A DNA stretch of 64,000 nucleotides from Candidatus Dormiibacterota bacterium (GCA_963709585.1 CAVPXI010000014.1:1-64000), one strand, 5' to 3'. Shown: positions 29,711-40,575, numbered from the stretch's first letter. Made by a program: numbers and translations. Notes: a model not told the origin generated them from the sequence alone.

Positions 29711-31504
29711 CTATCGACCGGGTACGAACTCGTCGACCTTCTCACGCATGGCGTTCACGACCCCCGCGAGACCGGCGGATGGCTCGGCTACGAAGGACTT
29801 GGTGAAATCTTCAGCCTGCTTGAAGGTGATATGGGGAGGCAGCGGGGGCTCCTCAGGATCGGTCATCGCGTCGATGACAAATGGCCTGTCGGCAGTGAAG
29901 GCCTGCTGCATCGCGTCATCAATCTGCGACGAGCGATCGACCTTGACGCTGCCGAGTCCGATGAGCCGCGCATATTCGTGAAATGGCATGTAGGGAAGTC
30001 GCTGTGAGGCATCGAAGCGCGGATTTCCTTCCATCACGCGCTGTTCCCAGGTGACCTGGTTGAGGTCCTCGTTATTGAGCACCAGGATCACCATGCGTGG
30101 ATCTGTCCACGTGTGGAAGTACTTGGCGGCGGTGAGCAGCTCCGCCATGCCGCCCATCTGCATCGCGCCATCGCCGATAGTCCCCACCGCGACCCGCTCC
30201 GGGAACGCGAACTTCGCGGCGATCGTGTAGGGCACTCCCGGCACCATGGTGGCGAGATTCCCTGACAATGTTGCCTTCATGCCTCGCCGAATGCGGACGT
30301 AGCGTGCGTACCAATTGGCCGCGGAGCCAGAATCGCTGGTGATTACGGCGTTGTCGGGGAGATGGCGCGACAGGGCTGCAAAGAGCGCCTGAGGGCGCAC
30401 ACGGTCGCCCTCACGATCCTCGGGCTCGCCTCGGTCGTCCATCAGGCGCCACCAGTCAGCGACGTTCTGGACGATGGTCTCTTGGAAGGACCGATCCTGG
30501 TTGCGTCGCAGGAGCGGCACTAGCTCCTTGAGCGTCGCCTTGCTGTCGCCCAATAGGTTGACTTCCATGGGATAGCGCAGGCTGAGCATCCGGCCCGATC
30601 GGTCAATCTGCACCCCTCGGGCCTGGCCGATCGGGGGGAGAAAATTGGCGTAGGGGAACGAACTCCCCACCACGAGCAGGGTGTCGGCCTCCTGCATCAT
30701 CTCCCAGCTCGGCTTCGTTCCAAGCAAGCCGATCGAATTGGTGCAGTACGGGATGTCGTCAGGAACGGCGGCCTTGCCGAGGAGTGCTTTGGCTATCCCC
30801 GCGCCGAGAAGATCGGCAACCGCGAGGACCTCGTCAGTCGCCTCCAGCGCGCCTGCCCCGACCAGCATGGCGACCTTCTTGCCCGAGTTGAGCACCGCCG
30901 CCGCCTTGTGCAGGTCTTCCTCCGCCGGCAGGCCGCGGTCACGGACGTACCCGACGCCGGTATGCACGGACTTGATCGACTGTGGCTGCGCCACTGCCTT
31001 CATGTCCTGGACGTCGGCGGGGATGATCACGGCCGTCACAGTCTTCTCGGCGGCCGCGATACGGAAGGCGCGATCGATGCAATGGCGCAGGGCTGATGGG
31101 ACATTCACCTGCTGCACGTAGGCGCTGGCAACATCCTTATAGAGGCTGAGGAGATCAACCTCCTGTTGCTGGTCGCCGCCCATGACGCTCGCGAAGGTTT
31201 GCCCCATGATCGCTACGACTGGCTGGTGGTCGAGCTTGGCGTCATACAGTCCATTCAGCAGATGGATGGCGCCCGGGCCTGATGTGGCCATGCAGAGGCC
31301 GACCTCCCCCGTGAACTTGGCATGGGCACATGCCATGAAGGCGGCCATCTCCTCGTGTCGAGTCTGTATGAACTCCGGCTTGTTCCCGGCCCTTTGGAGA
31401 GCGCCGAGAATGCCGTTGATGCCGTCGCCAGGGTACCCGTAGATGCGGCTGACCCCCCACTGGTCGAGACGCTTCACCAAGTCGTCGCCGACGGTATCCG
31501 CCAT
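29711..31504 (-). CDS. thiamine pyrophosphate-requiring enzyme (pyruvate oxidase/PoxB-like)
   Basis: GYPGDG, RHEEMAAF, TSGPGAIHL and GDGAMQM...NN ThDP motifs. Confidence 0.92.
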   Translation of the reverse strand: MADTVGDDLVKRLDQWGVSRIYGYPGDGINGILGALQRAGNKPEFIQTRHEEMAAFMACAHAKFTGEVGLCMATSGPGAIHLLNGLYDAKLDHQPVVAIMGQTFASVMGGDQQQEVDLLSLYKDVASAYVQQVNVPSALRHCIDRAFRIAAAEKTVTAVIIPADVQDMKAVAQPQSIKSVHTGVGYVRDRGLPAEEDLHKAAAVLNSGKKVAMLVGAGALEATDEVLAVADLLGAGIAKALLGKAAVPDDIPYCTNSIGLLGTKPSWEMMQEADTLLVVGSSFPYANFLPPIGQARGVQIDRSGRMLSLRYPMEVNLLGDSKATLKELVPLLRRNQDRSFQETIVQNVADWWRLMDDRGEPEDREGDRVRPQALFAALSRHLPDNAVITSDSGSAANWYARYVRIRRGMKATLSGNLATMVPGVPYTIAAKFAFPERVAVGTIGDGAMQMGGMAELLTAAKYFHTWTDPRMVILVLNNEDLNQVTWEQRVMEGNPRFDASQRLPYMPFHEYARLIGLGSVKVDRSSQIDDAMQQAFTADRPFVIDAMTDPEEPPLPPHITFKQAEDFTKSFVAEPSAGLAGVVNAMREKVDEFVPGR

Positions 31505-31804
31505 TGTGTTCTCCATTCGGCAGGCTACGGATCGCGCATATCCGCGACCGACTAGTCAGTCGTTTATTCCTGTTAATGATGCACTCGCTGTACCCAATAG
31601 GGCAAGTCCGACTATCAGCTTCTGAGCGGTATTCCAGGCGGGTTGAAGCGTCTTCACCGCTCAATCACCTCGAGTCGCATCCCAGCCACTCGAACACAGA
31701 GTCAACCAATGCGACTGCGAGCTATACGGGCTGCGTTGATCGCCGGAGTGATCCGTGGCCAAGATCACTCTGATATGCGTCGCTCGGGTGGTAGACGCGT
31801 GAAT

Positions 31805-32158
31805 TCATCCCGTCGTGAGCGCACGCAGGGCGAACAGAAACGTCGCCACTGCACCCCCAACGAGCCACAGTCGCTCCTGATGGTCCGGGCGGCCGCGACC
31901 GATCCAGGCACACAGGGGGAGCGCGAGCAGAGTCGCGCCGCCATAGAACCAGTGGATCAGTTCGGTGGGGCGCGATCCGGTCACCACGAGTATCAACCCG
32001 GCGATGGCCTGCAACGCCACCACCCCGGCGGCGAGCAATAGATACACGCGCACTGTCGCGAGGACGTGGGGGCGGAACAGCCCGATGATGGCAGCGATCG
32101 CACCGCCGAGGGCCAGGATGGTGACGATGAACCCGAGCCGATCGTGGATGAAGAGCAC
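31805..32158 (-). CDS. small membrane protein
   Basis: Four hydrophobic helices with an HWFYG motif. Last gene of the minus-strand run. Confidence 0.6.
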   Translation of the reverse strand: MLFIHDRLGFIVTILALGGAIAAIIGLFRPHVLATVRVYLLLAAGVVALQAIAGLILVVTGSRPTELIHWFYGGATLLALPLCAWIGRGRPDHQERLWLVGGAVATFLFALRALTTG

Positions 32159-32166
32159 CGGGGCTC

Positions 32167-32736
32167 TCAGCGCAGGAACGCGATCATGCAGCTTCGCGGC
32201 AGCGTGCGGTACAAGCTCGCCAGGATGCTGGGAGGAGGGGTCATGTACGTGTGCGTGAGGAGACCCGTGTGGCGGCGCAACATTCGGCGCCAGTCGCCGG
32301 TATCAGCGCCACTCACCTCGATCGCTTCACCATCGCCGATGATGCCGAAGCGAGGCATGATCGCGGCTGCCACCACGTCGATCATCTCCCAGACCTCGTC
32401 CTCCTCGGAGAGGACAGTCGTGAGCTCATCCCAGGCTGGCAATGTCACCGATACCTCGTCGTGCCCTCCGTCGCGGAGGTGATGCGCTTCGAGTTCGAGC
32501 GTCGTGCCACGCCACAACATGCGCTGCGAATGGACGAGGGGGATACCGCGACCACTTCCCAGCGCGCGTGGACGTTCTGCGAGAGAGGCGCCTCCGGCAG
32601 CCAGATCGGCGACCGCGCGCGACAGCGGCCAGGGATCACTATCGCGTACGACATCGCAGGCGAAACGCACGCATGTTGACCCGGTGGTCCCCAGGTGTAC
32701 CGACCACGCAGGCAACGTCGCGGGCTGCGTGGTCAT
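32167..32736 (-). CDS. hypothetical protein
   Basis: Translationally coupled within the operon; no family recognised. Confidence 0.5.
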   Translation of the reverse strand: MTTQPATLPAWSVHLGTTGSTCVRFACDVVRDSDPWPLSRAVADLAAGGASLAERPRALGSGRGIPLVHSQRMLWRGTTLELEAHHLRDGGHDEVSVTLPAWDELTTVLSEEDEVWEMIDVVAAAIMPRFGIIGDGEAIEVSGADTGDWRRMLRRHTGLLTHTYMTPPPSILASLYRTLPRSCMIAFLR

Positions 32737-33386
32737 GACGGCTGGGCCCGTGGCGGCGTGCACATCGTGACCCGCCATGACTGTGACGCGTCGGATAGGC
32801 CACCACCGAAAGGAGCACGAATCGCGAAGAGATCGAACACGCCCCAGACGATCGTGGGTGTGGCACTGATGGGCGGATACACAAGCACAGCGGGCTGCGT
32901 CTCTCCGGGATCGAGGTGCAGCGTGCAGTTCTGGTCGCTCGGCTCGAGGCTCAGGATGGCGAGGGGAAACATCGGGTGATAGAAATGGCTGAGCGGACCT
33001 GTGGCCGCGGCCTTCGGCGTGTAGTTGACGGCTACCTGCATCGCATTCAGCTGCGGGTCTGATCCTGCTGCACCGTTATTGCGCACCGCGACTCCGACGA
33101 AGGTGAAGTCGCCAAGCGGTTCCAGCGCCTTCCAATCGCTCGCATCCGTCCCGATGGTCTTGATCAGCCCCTTGCCTGATGCGCGGGACACCATGACGAC
33201 CGTCATCGGATCCGGGTTCCTGTAGATCCCGCCATCCGGGCTCGTGTTGATCGTGACATCCGCCAGCGCCTTGCCGCTCTGCGGAAGGCCGAGTGACGTC
33301 AGCGTCAGCGTTGGGGCCGGTCCCGCGCATGCCACCAATACGCTGAGGCAGAGCAGCGCGACAGCCGCAGGCCAGCGGGTGCTCAT
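32733..33386 (-). CDS. hypothetical lipoprotein
   Basis: MSTRWPAAVALLCLSVLVA-C lipobox, and an ATGA overlap with the permease gene. Confidence 0.6.
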   Translation of the reverse strand: MSTRWPAAVALLCLSVLVACAGPAPTLTLTSLGLPQSGKALADVTINTSPDGGIYRNPDPMTVVMVSRASGKGLIKTIGTDASDWKALEPLGDFTFVGVAVRNNGAAGSDPQLNAMQVAVNYTPKAAATGPLSHFYHPMFPLAILSLEPSDQNCTLHLDPGETQPAVLVYPPISATPTIVWGVFDLFAIRAPFGGGLSDASQSWRVTMCTPPRAQPS

Positions 33387-34144
33387 CGACGTCGCAGCAC
33401 GATGCGGCCCAGGGTGACGATGATCGTCGCGCTCGTGATCATCGTCAGGCATGCAGCCACGATCGCTGTTCTGGCATCGAAGGCAGCGACGCCTCCCAGC
33501 GCGCCGGTGAACGCCGAATCCAGGTAGGTGAATGGATCCACCTGTGCCGCGATCCAACGCCAGCCGGCTCGAGGCACGCCGGTGAAGAGACCGCCGAAAA
33601 AGAGGAGCGGCGCGAGCAGCACCACCACATCGATCAGCACCTCCCCCGCTCCACCTCCAGCCGACGACACCACCGAGCCGAGCACGTTGGCCATGAACAG
33701 CACCGCGATCAGGATCACCACAAGCGCGAACGCACCCGGAGCAGTGACCGGCGCCAGCGCGAAGAGCACGATCAGGGTCGGCACCAGTTGGATCACGTCG
33801 ATGATCGTCGAGCCGGCGACCCAACTCAACATTGATCGACCCGGGGAGCGCGGGGTCACCGCGAGCCGGGCGAGCAATCCACTCTCGCGTGCCCTCGCAA
33901 TGCTGATCGCCGATCCCACGGCGCCGGTCATGGCGGTCAGGGTTGTGAGCAGCATCCCGGCCCAGAAGGTGGGAGCATGCCCGAGCAGGAGTGGCAGCGT
34001 CAGTACGAGCGGGATCGCCAGCTTCAACACCAGCGCACGTGGGCGGGCCACGGTGACGAGCAGTTCGCGAACGAACAGGCTTGCCGGCATCACGCGACGC
34101 CATGGGGCGATCGAACCCTGAACCGGAACAGCGGAACTGCTCAT
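33383..34144 (-). CDS. ABC-2 type transporter permease
   Basis: RARESGLLARLAVTP, LFFGGLF and DPFTY motifs, about six hydrophobic segments. Confidence 0.8.
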   Translation of the reverse strand: MSSSAVPVQGSIAPWRRVMPASLFVRELLVTVARPRALVLKLAIPLVLTLPLLLGHAPTFWAGMLLTTLTAMTGAVGSAISIARARESGLLARLAVTPRSPGRSMLSWVAGSTIIDVIQLVPTLIVLFALAPVTAPGAFALVVILIAVLFMANVLGSVVSSAGGGAGEVLIDVVVLLAPLLFFGGLFTGVPRAGWRWIAAQVDPFTYLDSAFTGALGGVAAFDARTAIVAACLTMITSATIIVTLGRIVLRRR

Positions 34145-35127
34145 CGTGGTGATACGCCGGCGTTGAAAGCCGATCCGGTGAGCTGACTGAAGGCGTCACT
34201 GAGATCGGGTCTACGGATCCGAACGGCGCGCACCCCTCCGGGCCACCCGTCGACGACGCGCACCACCGCAGCGAGCGCCGCGTCGTCGAGCAGGTCGACA
34301 GTGACAACGCCTCGGGCATACGCGGCGTTGTCGATGCCGAGGAGCACACTCAGGTCGTCCATCCGCGGTTCCGTGGTGCTGTCGATATCCAACTCCACGC
34401 GACGCGCTGTACCGACGCCGGCCAGCAATTGCTCTGGCGTGGCGTCTGCGAGCACGGTTCCTCCATCGAGAAAGATCACGCGGTCGCATGCCTCCGCCAC
34501 GAAGGCGCAGTCGTTGCTGGCGACCAGGGTCGCGCTTCCGCGGCGCGCGCGATTCATGAGCTCCTCGCCCAAGGCACTGATGCCTTCGGCATCCAGACCA
34601 GCAGTGGGTTCATCGAGGAGCGCGAGACGAGGCTCGTGCGCCAGCGCTTGCGCGAGCGCGAGCCGCCGGCGCATCCCGAACGAATACCCGGCAATCGGCT
34701 CGTCCGCAACCGCCGCGAGCCCGAACCGGCGCAGCGCATCCTCGACCAGATCGCCCGTGTTCTCGCGCGCCCACTGCCGGCACCAGAAGTACGTCGCCTG
34801 CCGTCCGGTGAGGCCGGGGTCGTCGAGCACCGCATCAGGAGCGAACCCGATCCAACGGCGGCCGTCACGCGGTCGCGCGGTCCCACACCAGCGCACGATG
34901 CCCCGGCGCGGCCGGGTCGATGTCGCGAGGATGCGCAACAGCGTTGTCTTGCCCGCGCCGTTTGCGCCCATGAGTGCCGTGCGCTCGCCTGGGGCGATGC
35001 AGAGATCGACGGGTCCGACGCCGCGACCATTGCGAAAACGATGCCCGACTCCGGCCGCGTCGAGGATCGGCGCGAGCCGGAGTGGCTGGCCCGGAGCGGT
35101 CTCGTCGACGCGTGGCTGCAGGATCAC
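34141..35127 (-). CDS. ABC transporter ATP-binding protein
   Basis: Walker A GANGAGKT, signature YSFGM and Walker B LLDEP. Confidence 0.88.
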   Translation of the reverse strand: MILQPRVDETAPGQPLRLAPILDAAGVGHRFRNGRGVGPVDLCIAPGERTALMGANGAGKTTLLRILATSTRPRRGIVRWCGTARPRDGRRWIGFAPDAVLDDPGLTGRQATYFWCRQWARENTGDLVEDALRRFGLAAVADEPIAGYSFGMRRRLALAQALAHEPRLALLDEPTAGLDAEGISALGEELMNRARRGSATLVASNDCAFVAEACDRVIFLDGGTVLADATPEQLLAGVGTARRVELDIDSTTEPRMDDLSVLLGIDNAAYARGVVTVDLLDDAALAAVVRVVDGWPGGVRAVRIRRPDLSDAFSQLTGSAFNAGVSPR

Positions 35128-35508
35128 AGCGCCGGCGCCAATGTGAGGAGTGTCGCGACCTGCGCCGCGACTTCGGTGGGTTTGAACGGCGTCCGGACGA
35201 GACCCGCGGCTCCCGCATGCATCGCCGGCTCGGCAAGCTGCGGCTGGCGGCCGTCGATGATCGCCAGCCATCCGGCGCTGAGACGGGCGGCCGATGGCAT
35301 TCGCACGATGCCCCGCAATCTGCAGGTCGATCAACCCGACGTCAATCGTGCCGGTGCCGATCGCGTCTTCAAGTGCCTGCGACGTGGCCACAGAAGTCAC
35401 GTCGTGTCCCTCGCGGGCGAGCTTGTGCGAGAGGATGCGCGCGACCGCTGGTTCAGGCGTCGCGATCACGATGCGCCGTTGCGCTCCCGGTCGGAGATCA
35501 GTCGACAT
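35124..35508 (-). CDS. degenerate receiver-domain-like protein, one frameshift near 35300
   Basis: IVIATPEP...LAREGHDV...LIDL in one frame, then AMHAGAAGLVRTPFKPTEV in the 35124..35318 frame. Confidence 0.5.
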
Positions 35509-35962
35509 GCTGCGATCCCTCGCCACTCCACGCCAGGAGCGGCCATCCGTTCTCGTCGATGTCGCAGATGCGACACATCGCGCCTGCCACGCCGGCGCGC
35601 TCGAGCGACGCGCGTGCCTCGTCAGGTGTCGACTCGCACGATGCCATCAACGAATCGCCGTCCTGGGTGATCTCCCAGCCCAGTTCCTGAAGCACGCCGG
35701 CGGTCCAGCTGACCAGGCCGAGGCGGTTACGCAGACGCTCGCCGAGCGCGCTCACCGCCGCCGACGGGGTGATCACCGCGGCGTCGACGTCGATGCCTGG
35801 ATCCTCCACCCCCTCGAGCTCGTACAGTCGTCGCATCCACTGCGGCCACGGCGGTTCAACGACAGCGCGCAACTCCTCACTCGCAGATCGAAAGAGGTGG
35901 AGCCGCAGCGCCACATGTCCCGCCTCGGGTGTGAGGATGTCGGGCGCATGAGCGTCGCTCAT
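35498..35962 (-). CDS. hypothetical protein
   Basis: Coupled to both neighbours, with a CRIC motif near the C-terminus; no family recognised. Confidence 0.55.
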   Translation of the reverse strand: MSDAHAPDILTPEAGHVALRLHLFRSASEELRAVVEPPWPQWMRRLYELEGVEDPGIDVDAAVITPSAAVSALGERLRNRLGLVSWTAGVLQELGWEITQDGDSLMASCESTPDEARASLERAGVAGAMCRICDIDENGWPLLAWSGEGSQHVD

Positions 35963-37386
35963 CCTGTGGAACCACCGAGCTGGCTCGGCTGCGAGTTGAT
36001 GATCTGCTGGTTGTTGATCGTCAACTCCCCACTGATGAGATAGGGCTGACGCGAGTTCTCGCGAATCACGCCCATCACGATCATCATCACGCTGACCACG
36101 ACGCCGAGCCCAAGCAGCAGCGCCTGGCTGCGCCGGCCGATCGCGCCCGGACGCATCTGTTCACGGCTCACCGCGCGAAGGTAGATCGTGAGCGCCCAAA
36201 GCCCGAGGAAGACCATCGCCATGAGCGCGCTCACCTTGTACGGGATGAAGTTACCAAGCGGGTTGAGGAGACCGCCGTCCCAGAAGGGCCGCGCCTCGTG
36301 CCAGGCGACGACATCCGCGTAGGTCGGAGCGAACCACGCCGGCAACGCCGCAAACATGGTGACGAGGAGGAGCACCAGCGCAAGCACTCCCTGGCGACGA
36401 TGATGTGGCGCACCGGACGCGCGCATCCGGCGCCAGAAGTAGGCACTGCCGAGCGTAAAGATCATGCCCAGCAATGTGATCTGGACGAGAAAGACATTGC
36501 TGAGATCGCCGAACATCATGTTGAACCACGCCGGATAGGCGTGCAGCTGGATCTCCTTGGCGTAGGAATACCCAAGCCACGGCTGCAGGAGCGTCACCCC
36601 GAACGCCCACATCGCGCCCCACTGGGCCGCCCAATCCCAGTAGCGCGCCTCACGCAGCTGGACCGGCTCGGCGACAGGCGCCTCGAGTGCCAGCGCGCCG
36701 ACCGATCGCACGGATCGGAGCGGTGCCTGCACGGCGGTGGTCCGCTCGATGTTGCGGTTCAGTCGCCAGTAGCGGAACGCTGCCCCAAATGCGAGGGCGG
36801 CGCCGGCCCACGCGATGTTGCCGACCGTGCGATGGATGGTGAGCGGGATCTCGGTCGGGTTGAGGACTTGATCGAGGAAGTTCGCATCGCCGCCGTTCGG
36901 GGTGAGCATGAACGACGCCACGGCGTCGATGAAGAACATCTGCCACCACTGGGCGAGGTTCAGCACGAAGAGCATGCCCAACCGAGCCGGCCGGTGGACC
37001 CGGAGCCGGTCCCAGTTCGCGTAGAGCGTGTAGAGCAGCACCACTTCGGCGAGAAACGTGAGCGCCTCGGCGAAGAACACCCAGAAGGTGATCTGCTGCA
37101 GCGCGACAAAGAATCGTCCCCAGATCGCTCCAAGGATGATCACCATGAAGAAGATCGCCACTGCGGCGCCGAAGCTGAAGATGTAGACCTCTGTCTTGAG
37201 GAGGCCGTGGCCGAGACGGTCGTGGCGCTCGTCGCCGCTCCGGCGGGCCATCCCGATCGCCTCGCTCACGATGGCGAGGGTCGTCGCGCCGATCAGGAAT
37301 GCGGCAATCTGGATGTGCAGGAGGATCACGACGGCAACGAGCACGCCGTTGGTCAGGAGGTCGCCGGGAATCGGATTCAGAGTCAT
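35959..37386 (-). CDS. cytochrome bd subunit I-like (CydA-like) membrane protein
   Basis: Helix-1 His (LLHIQIA), paired Glu (AEALTFLAE), FMLTP, IHRTVGN and MGVIRENSRQPY, which is equivalent to the CydA E-x-GRQPW motif. Confidence 0.75.
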   Translation of the reverse strand: MTLNPIPGDLLTNGVLVAVVILLHIQIAAFLIGATTLAIVSEAIGMARRSGDERHDRLGHGLLKTEVYIFSFGAAVAIFFMVIILGAIWGRFFVALQQITFWVFFAEALTFLAEVVLLYTLYANWDRLRVHRPARLGMLFVLNLAQWWQMFFIDAVASFMLTPNGGDANFLDQVLNPTEIPLTIHRTVGNIAWAGAALAFGAAFRYWRLNRNIERTTAVQAPLRSVRSVGALALEAPVAEPVQLREARYWDWAAQWGAMWAFGVTLLQPWLGYSYAKEIQLHAYPAWFNMMFGDLSNVFLVQITLLGMIFTLGSAYFWRRMRASGAPHHRRQGVLALVLLLVTMFAALPAWFAPTYADVVAWHEARPFWDGGLLNPLGNFIPYKVSALMAMVFLGLWALTIYLRAVSREQMRPGAIGRRSQALLLGLGVVVSVMMIVMGVIRENSRQPYLISGELTINNQQIINSQPSQLGGSTG

Positions 37387-37396
37387 GGCCGCGGGT

Positions 37397-38575
37397 TCAC
37401 AGGCCGTACAGGCGATTCACGCCGAGTGTCGCCAGAAAGATCACCGCGAAGATGACGAAGATCGCCGGCACGAGGATCTCGGGTCTGCGCGTGGGTCGTC
37501 GCTCCGGTGATCGGTCCAGCACGGGCAGCAGGAACATCGCCGCGGCACCGCCTCCGACGATAATCAGTACGCCGATGGCAATCAGCGGGTCCTGCGGCGT
37601 CAGCACCAGGAACTGGTCGAGCGGAAGATAAAACCACTCGGGCGTGGGCACGTATGTGAGGGTCGCGGGGTTGGCGATCGTGTCGAGTGGTGCACCGCCA
37701 ATGCCGCCCATGATGAAGATGAACAGGATCAGCGCGGCGCTCACCAGCGTATCCTTGAAAAACTGATTCGGGAAGAAGTCAACGGTCTTGTTCGGTGCCG
37801 CATACCGCCGCTCGATACGCTTGGTGGGGTACGGCGGCTCCGCCGCGCGGATGCGCTCCGCGATCTCACGACTGGGATTGCCGGTGCTGGTGTCGTAGTT
37901 GACCCACGCGCCGAACTCGCCATGGCGCCGGAGCAGATAGATATGACCACCGATGAATGCGAAGAGCAGGAATGGAAGCACCCATATGTGAATCGCGAAC
38001 GTCCGCGTGAGCGTGATCGGCCCGACGAAGTCACTGCCTCGCCAGAGCTGCCGCAGACCGTTGCCGATAAACGGAACGTAGTGGAGGATGTTGGTGATGA
38101 CGGTCGCGGTCCAGTACGCGGCGTTGTCCCAAGGGAGCATCGCGCCGGTCGCAGCCAGACCGAGCACGAGAAAGAAAAGGATCACGCCGCTCATCCAGTT
38201 GAGCTCGCGCGGGCGCTTGTAGCTCGCGCTGAGAAACGTCCGCAGGGCGTGGAGCCCGATGACCAGGATCAGCGTGTATGCGCCCCAGAGGTGGAGTCCT
38301 CGAACCCACCCTCCGAAGGGATCGCTCGTCCGCAGGTAGTTGAGGCTCGACCATGCCTGCGTGACCGACGGAACGTAATCCAGCAGCAGAAAGATTCCGG
38401 TGAAGAGCTGCAGCAGGATGAGCACGAGTGTGGCGCTGCCAAGCGTGTACGCCCATCCGCCCTGTTTCGGGACGGCTTCGTACAGCCCCTTGTGGACGAG
38501 CCCCGTGAGGCCGGTGCGCTCGTCAAACCAGCGATACGCGGCCCGCGCGCGGCTCACCGGACTAGATCGATTCAT
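37397..38575 (-). CDS. cytochrome b of a Rieske/cytochrome b complex (b6 and subunit IV regions fused)
   Basis: Four heme His (GLHLWGA..GLH and AIH..GGH), YKRPRELNW, LPWD and PEWF Qo motif. Confidence 0.92.
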   Translation of the reverse strand: MNRSSPVSRARAAYRWFDERTGLTGLVHKGLYEAVPKQGGWAYTLGSATLVLILLQLFTGIFLLLDYVPSVTQAWSSLNYLRTSDPFGGWVRGLHLWGAYTLILVIGLHALRTFLSASYKRPRELNWMSGVILFFLVLGLAATGAMLPWDNAAYWTATVITNILHYVPFIGNGLRQLWRGSDFVGPITLTRTFAIHIWVLPFLLFAFIGGHIYLLRRHGEFGAWVNYDTSTGNPSREIAERIRAAEPPYPTKRIERRYAAPNKTVDFFPNQFFKDTLVSAALILFIFIMGGIGGAPLDTIANPATLTYVPTPEWFYLPLDQFLVLTPQDPLIAIGVLIIVGGGAAAMFLLPVLDRSPERRPTRRPEILVPAIFVIFAVIFLATLGVNRLYGL

Positions 38576-39062
38576 TGAGCTGGTTCTGCACCTCGATCAC
38601 CTCGCGGCCGGTCGTCGGATCGACACTCGTGCGGTGCACCCACTGCGCGAGCGGTTGTGGCGGAGGGCCGCCGATGTTGACACCGTCCATGTTGTAGAGG
38701 CCGCCGTGACACGGACAGAGGAACTGCTCGAGCTGCCCGTCCCAGTGCACGTCGCATTGCATGTGCGTGCAGATGTTGCTGAGTGTCAGCACACTGCCGT
38801 CTTCCTTGCGAACGACATAGACAACACGGTTGGTCGGCGGCGTTGGGAATCCCTGATCGCTCGGCATCGACGCAATCCGAGCCGTCGGCGTGTTGACTGG
38901 AATGCTCTCGATCGAGCCGATACTGACCCAGGCAAGTCGCCGCTTTGCGAAGAGCGGGCTCAGCACAAAGCCGACGGCGGGGATCGACAGCAAGGCTCCG
39001 ATGAGTCCCATGCCCATTCCGGTGCCGAGCACCATGAACTGACGTCGCGAGTACTTCCGCAT
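38562..39062 (-). CDS. Rieske iron-sulfur subunit
   Basis: Tat motif SRRQF, and CTHMQC and CPCHG boxes. Confidence 0.93.
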   Translation of the reverse strand: MRKYSRRQFMVLGTGMGMGLIGALLSIPAVGFVLSPLFAKRRLAWVSIGSIESIPVNTPTARIASMPSDQGFPTPPTNRVVYVVRKEDGSVLTLSNICTHMQCDVHWDGQLEQFLCPCHGGLYNMDGVNIGGPPPQPLAQWVHRTSVDPTTGREVIEVQNQLNESI

Positions 39063-39319
39063 CAGCCGCGTCCTCCTGTGGCGAGCAGGCCAATCACTGC
39101 AGCCAACGCGAGGCCGACCAGGACGAGCAGTCCGACGGTGCTCGCGGCGACGATGAGCAGGGCGGGGCCGTGGTCACCGGCGCGCCAGACGCGGGCGGCT
39201 CCGACCCATGCCCACGTAACACCGGTGAGCAACATCGCGAGCATCGCGATGAGGAGGATCGAGTAGTACCAGGCGGCCTGAAACTGCGCCGCCCGGATCT
39301 CGCCAATCATCGCTGGCAC
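39062..39319 (-). CDS. small two-helix membrane protein
   Basis: Two hydrophobic stretches, coupled to the Rieske start codon. Confidence 0.5.
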   Translation of the reverse strand: MPAMIGEIRAAQFQAAWYYSILLIAMLAMLLTGVTWAWVGAARVWRAGDHGPALLIVAASTVGLLVLVGLALAAVIGLLATGGRG

Positions 39320-39323
39320 TCGC

Positions 39324-40575
39324 TCACGGGTAGAGATCCGCCGGTGGTGTGAAGCGCTGCTGCGCCTGTGCCTGGGTCAGCACGCCGTAGACCGCGTAAT
39401 CGCCACGCGCGCCTTCCTTGATCACCCCCATCAGCAACGAGGTCAGGAGAGCGAACGATCCGACCAGCACCAAGACTGGTCGCAACAACCGCGAAGGCCG
39501 CGGCTGTGGCCGGACATCGGTTGGTCGCGTCCCACACGGGCGGACGCCGACGTCGCCAGAGATGGACTGCGGTTGCGATGATCGCGATGCCGATCCCGAC
39601 AAACCGGGCGCCCTCCCATGCAGACGGCAGGATCGCGTCCGGGAGCGACGCGAGGACCATCCCCGCCAGGGACGTCAGGGTCGCCGTTGCGGCGAGAGTC
39701 CGTGAGCGCTGTGCCGCGGGGCGCTCGAGCCAGAGCGCAACGTTGCCGCCGACCAGGATGATGCCAACGAAGACTTCCTGCACCACCATCAACCAGGCCG
39801 TGCCGCCGCTCACGAGGTTCGTGAAGAATCCCGGCTGGGCGCTCTGGAGTACGAAGCTCAGGATCAGACCCTCGATCGGCATGAGCAGTGCGAGCCCCAA
39901 GCCGATCCGTAGATTGAGATGGGCAGCCCAGCCCTGAAATGCGCGTTCCCCGGCATCGGCAGATCGGCGCAGCCGCACCGCCGCATAGGCCGCCAGAAAG
40001 AGCGCCGTCCACGAGATGTTGCCGATCAGGCGATGGACGAGCAACGGCCAGTACGCCGCATTGAGGGTCGCGTCCCACAGGCCTCCGTTGAACGGGGTGA
40101 TCAGGTACGCGTCAAGTCCAACGATCAGGAAGACGAAGAGGGTCTGCAGTCCGGCGACGACCGTGCCGAGGATGGCGTGCGTTCGCGGCGTGAGCCGCCC
40201 CCAGCTGTTCCGGTACCAGGTCAGCAGCGGGGCGATCAGAAAGAAGAGTCCGAACGCGAACGCGAGCAGCGGCAACAGCACGTTGAAGAGCTGGCCGAAC
40301 CCGTTACCCCAGAGGCCGATGAGAAGCACCACGGCAAAGACCGCGAGCGTTGCCCCAAGGCTGAACACGAAGTAGAAGCTGTTCACCGCCGAATGGGCGT
40401 ACCGCCACGGTCGAGGATCATGGGTCGCCAGCGCACGCCACTCCATGACGACGGCCAACGTGATCGCGCCCACCGAGAACTCAGCGACGGCAACGTGCAG
40501 CAGGAAGATGATCCCCACCGGAATGCTGTTGCCGAGCCAGGGAAATTGCGGCGGTGTGACCTGGAGGGCAAGCAT
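39324..40575 (-). CDS. second CydA-like membrane protein, one frameshift near 39520
   Basis: LLHVAVAE, YLITP and VHRLIGN motifs. The C-terminal MGVIKEGARGDY lies in the 39324..39602 frame. Confidence 0.7.

Noticed and set aside
34141-35526. Receiver-domain/ABC ATPase fusion (461-aa ORF)
   Set aside because: The receiver-like C-terminus lies in another frame ending at 35124 with a GTGA overlap to the ATPase start, so the fusion is a frameshift product.
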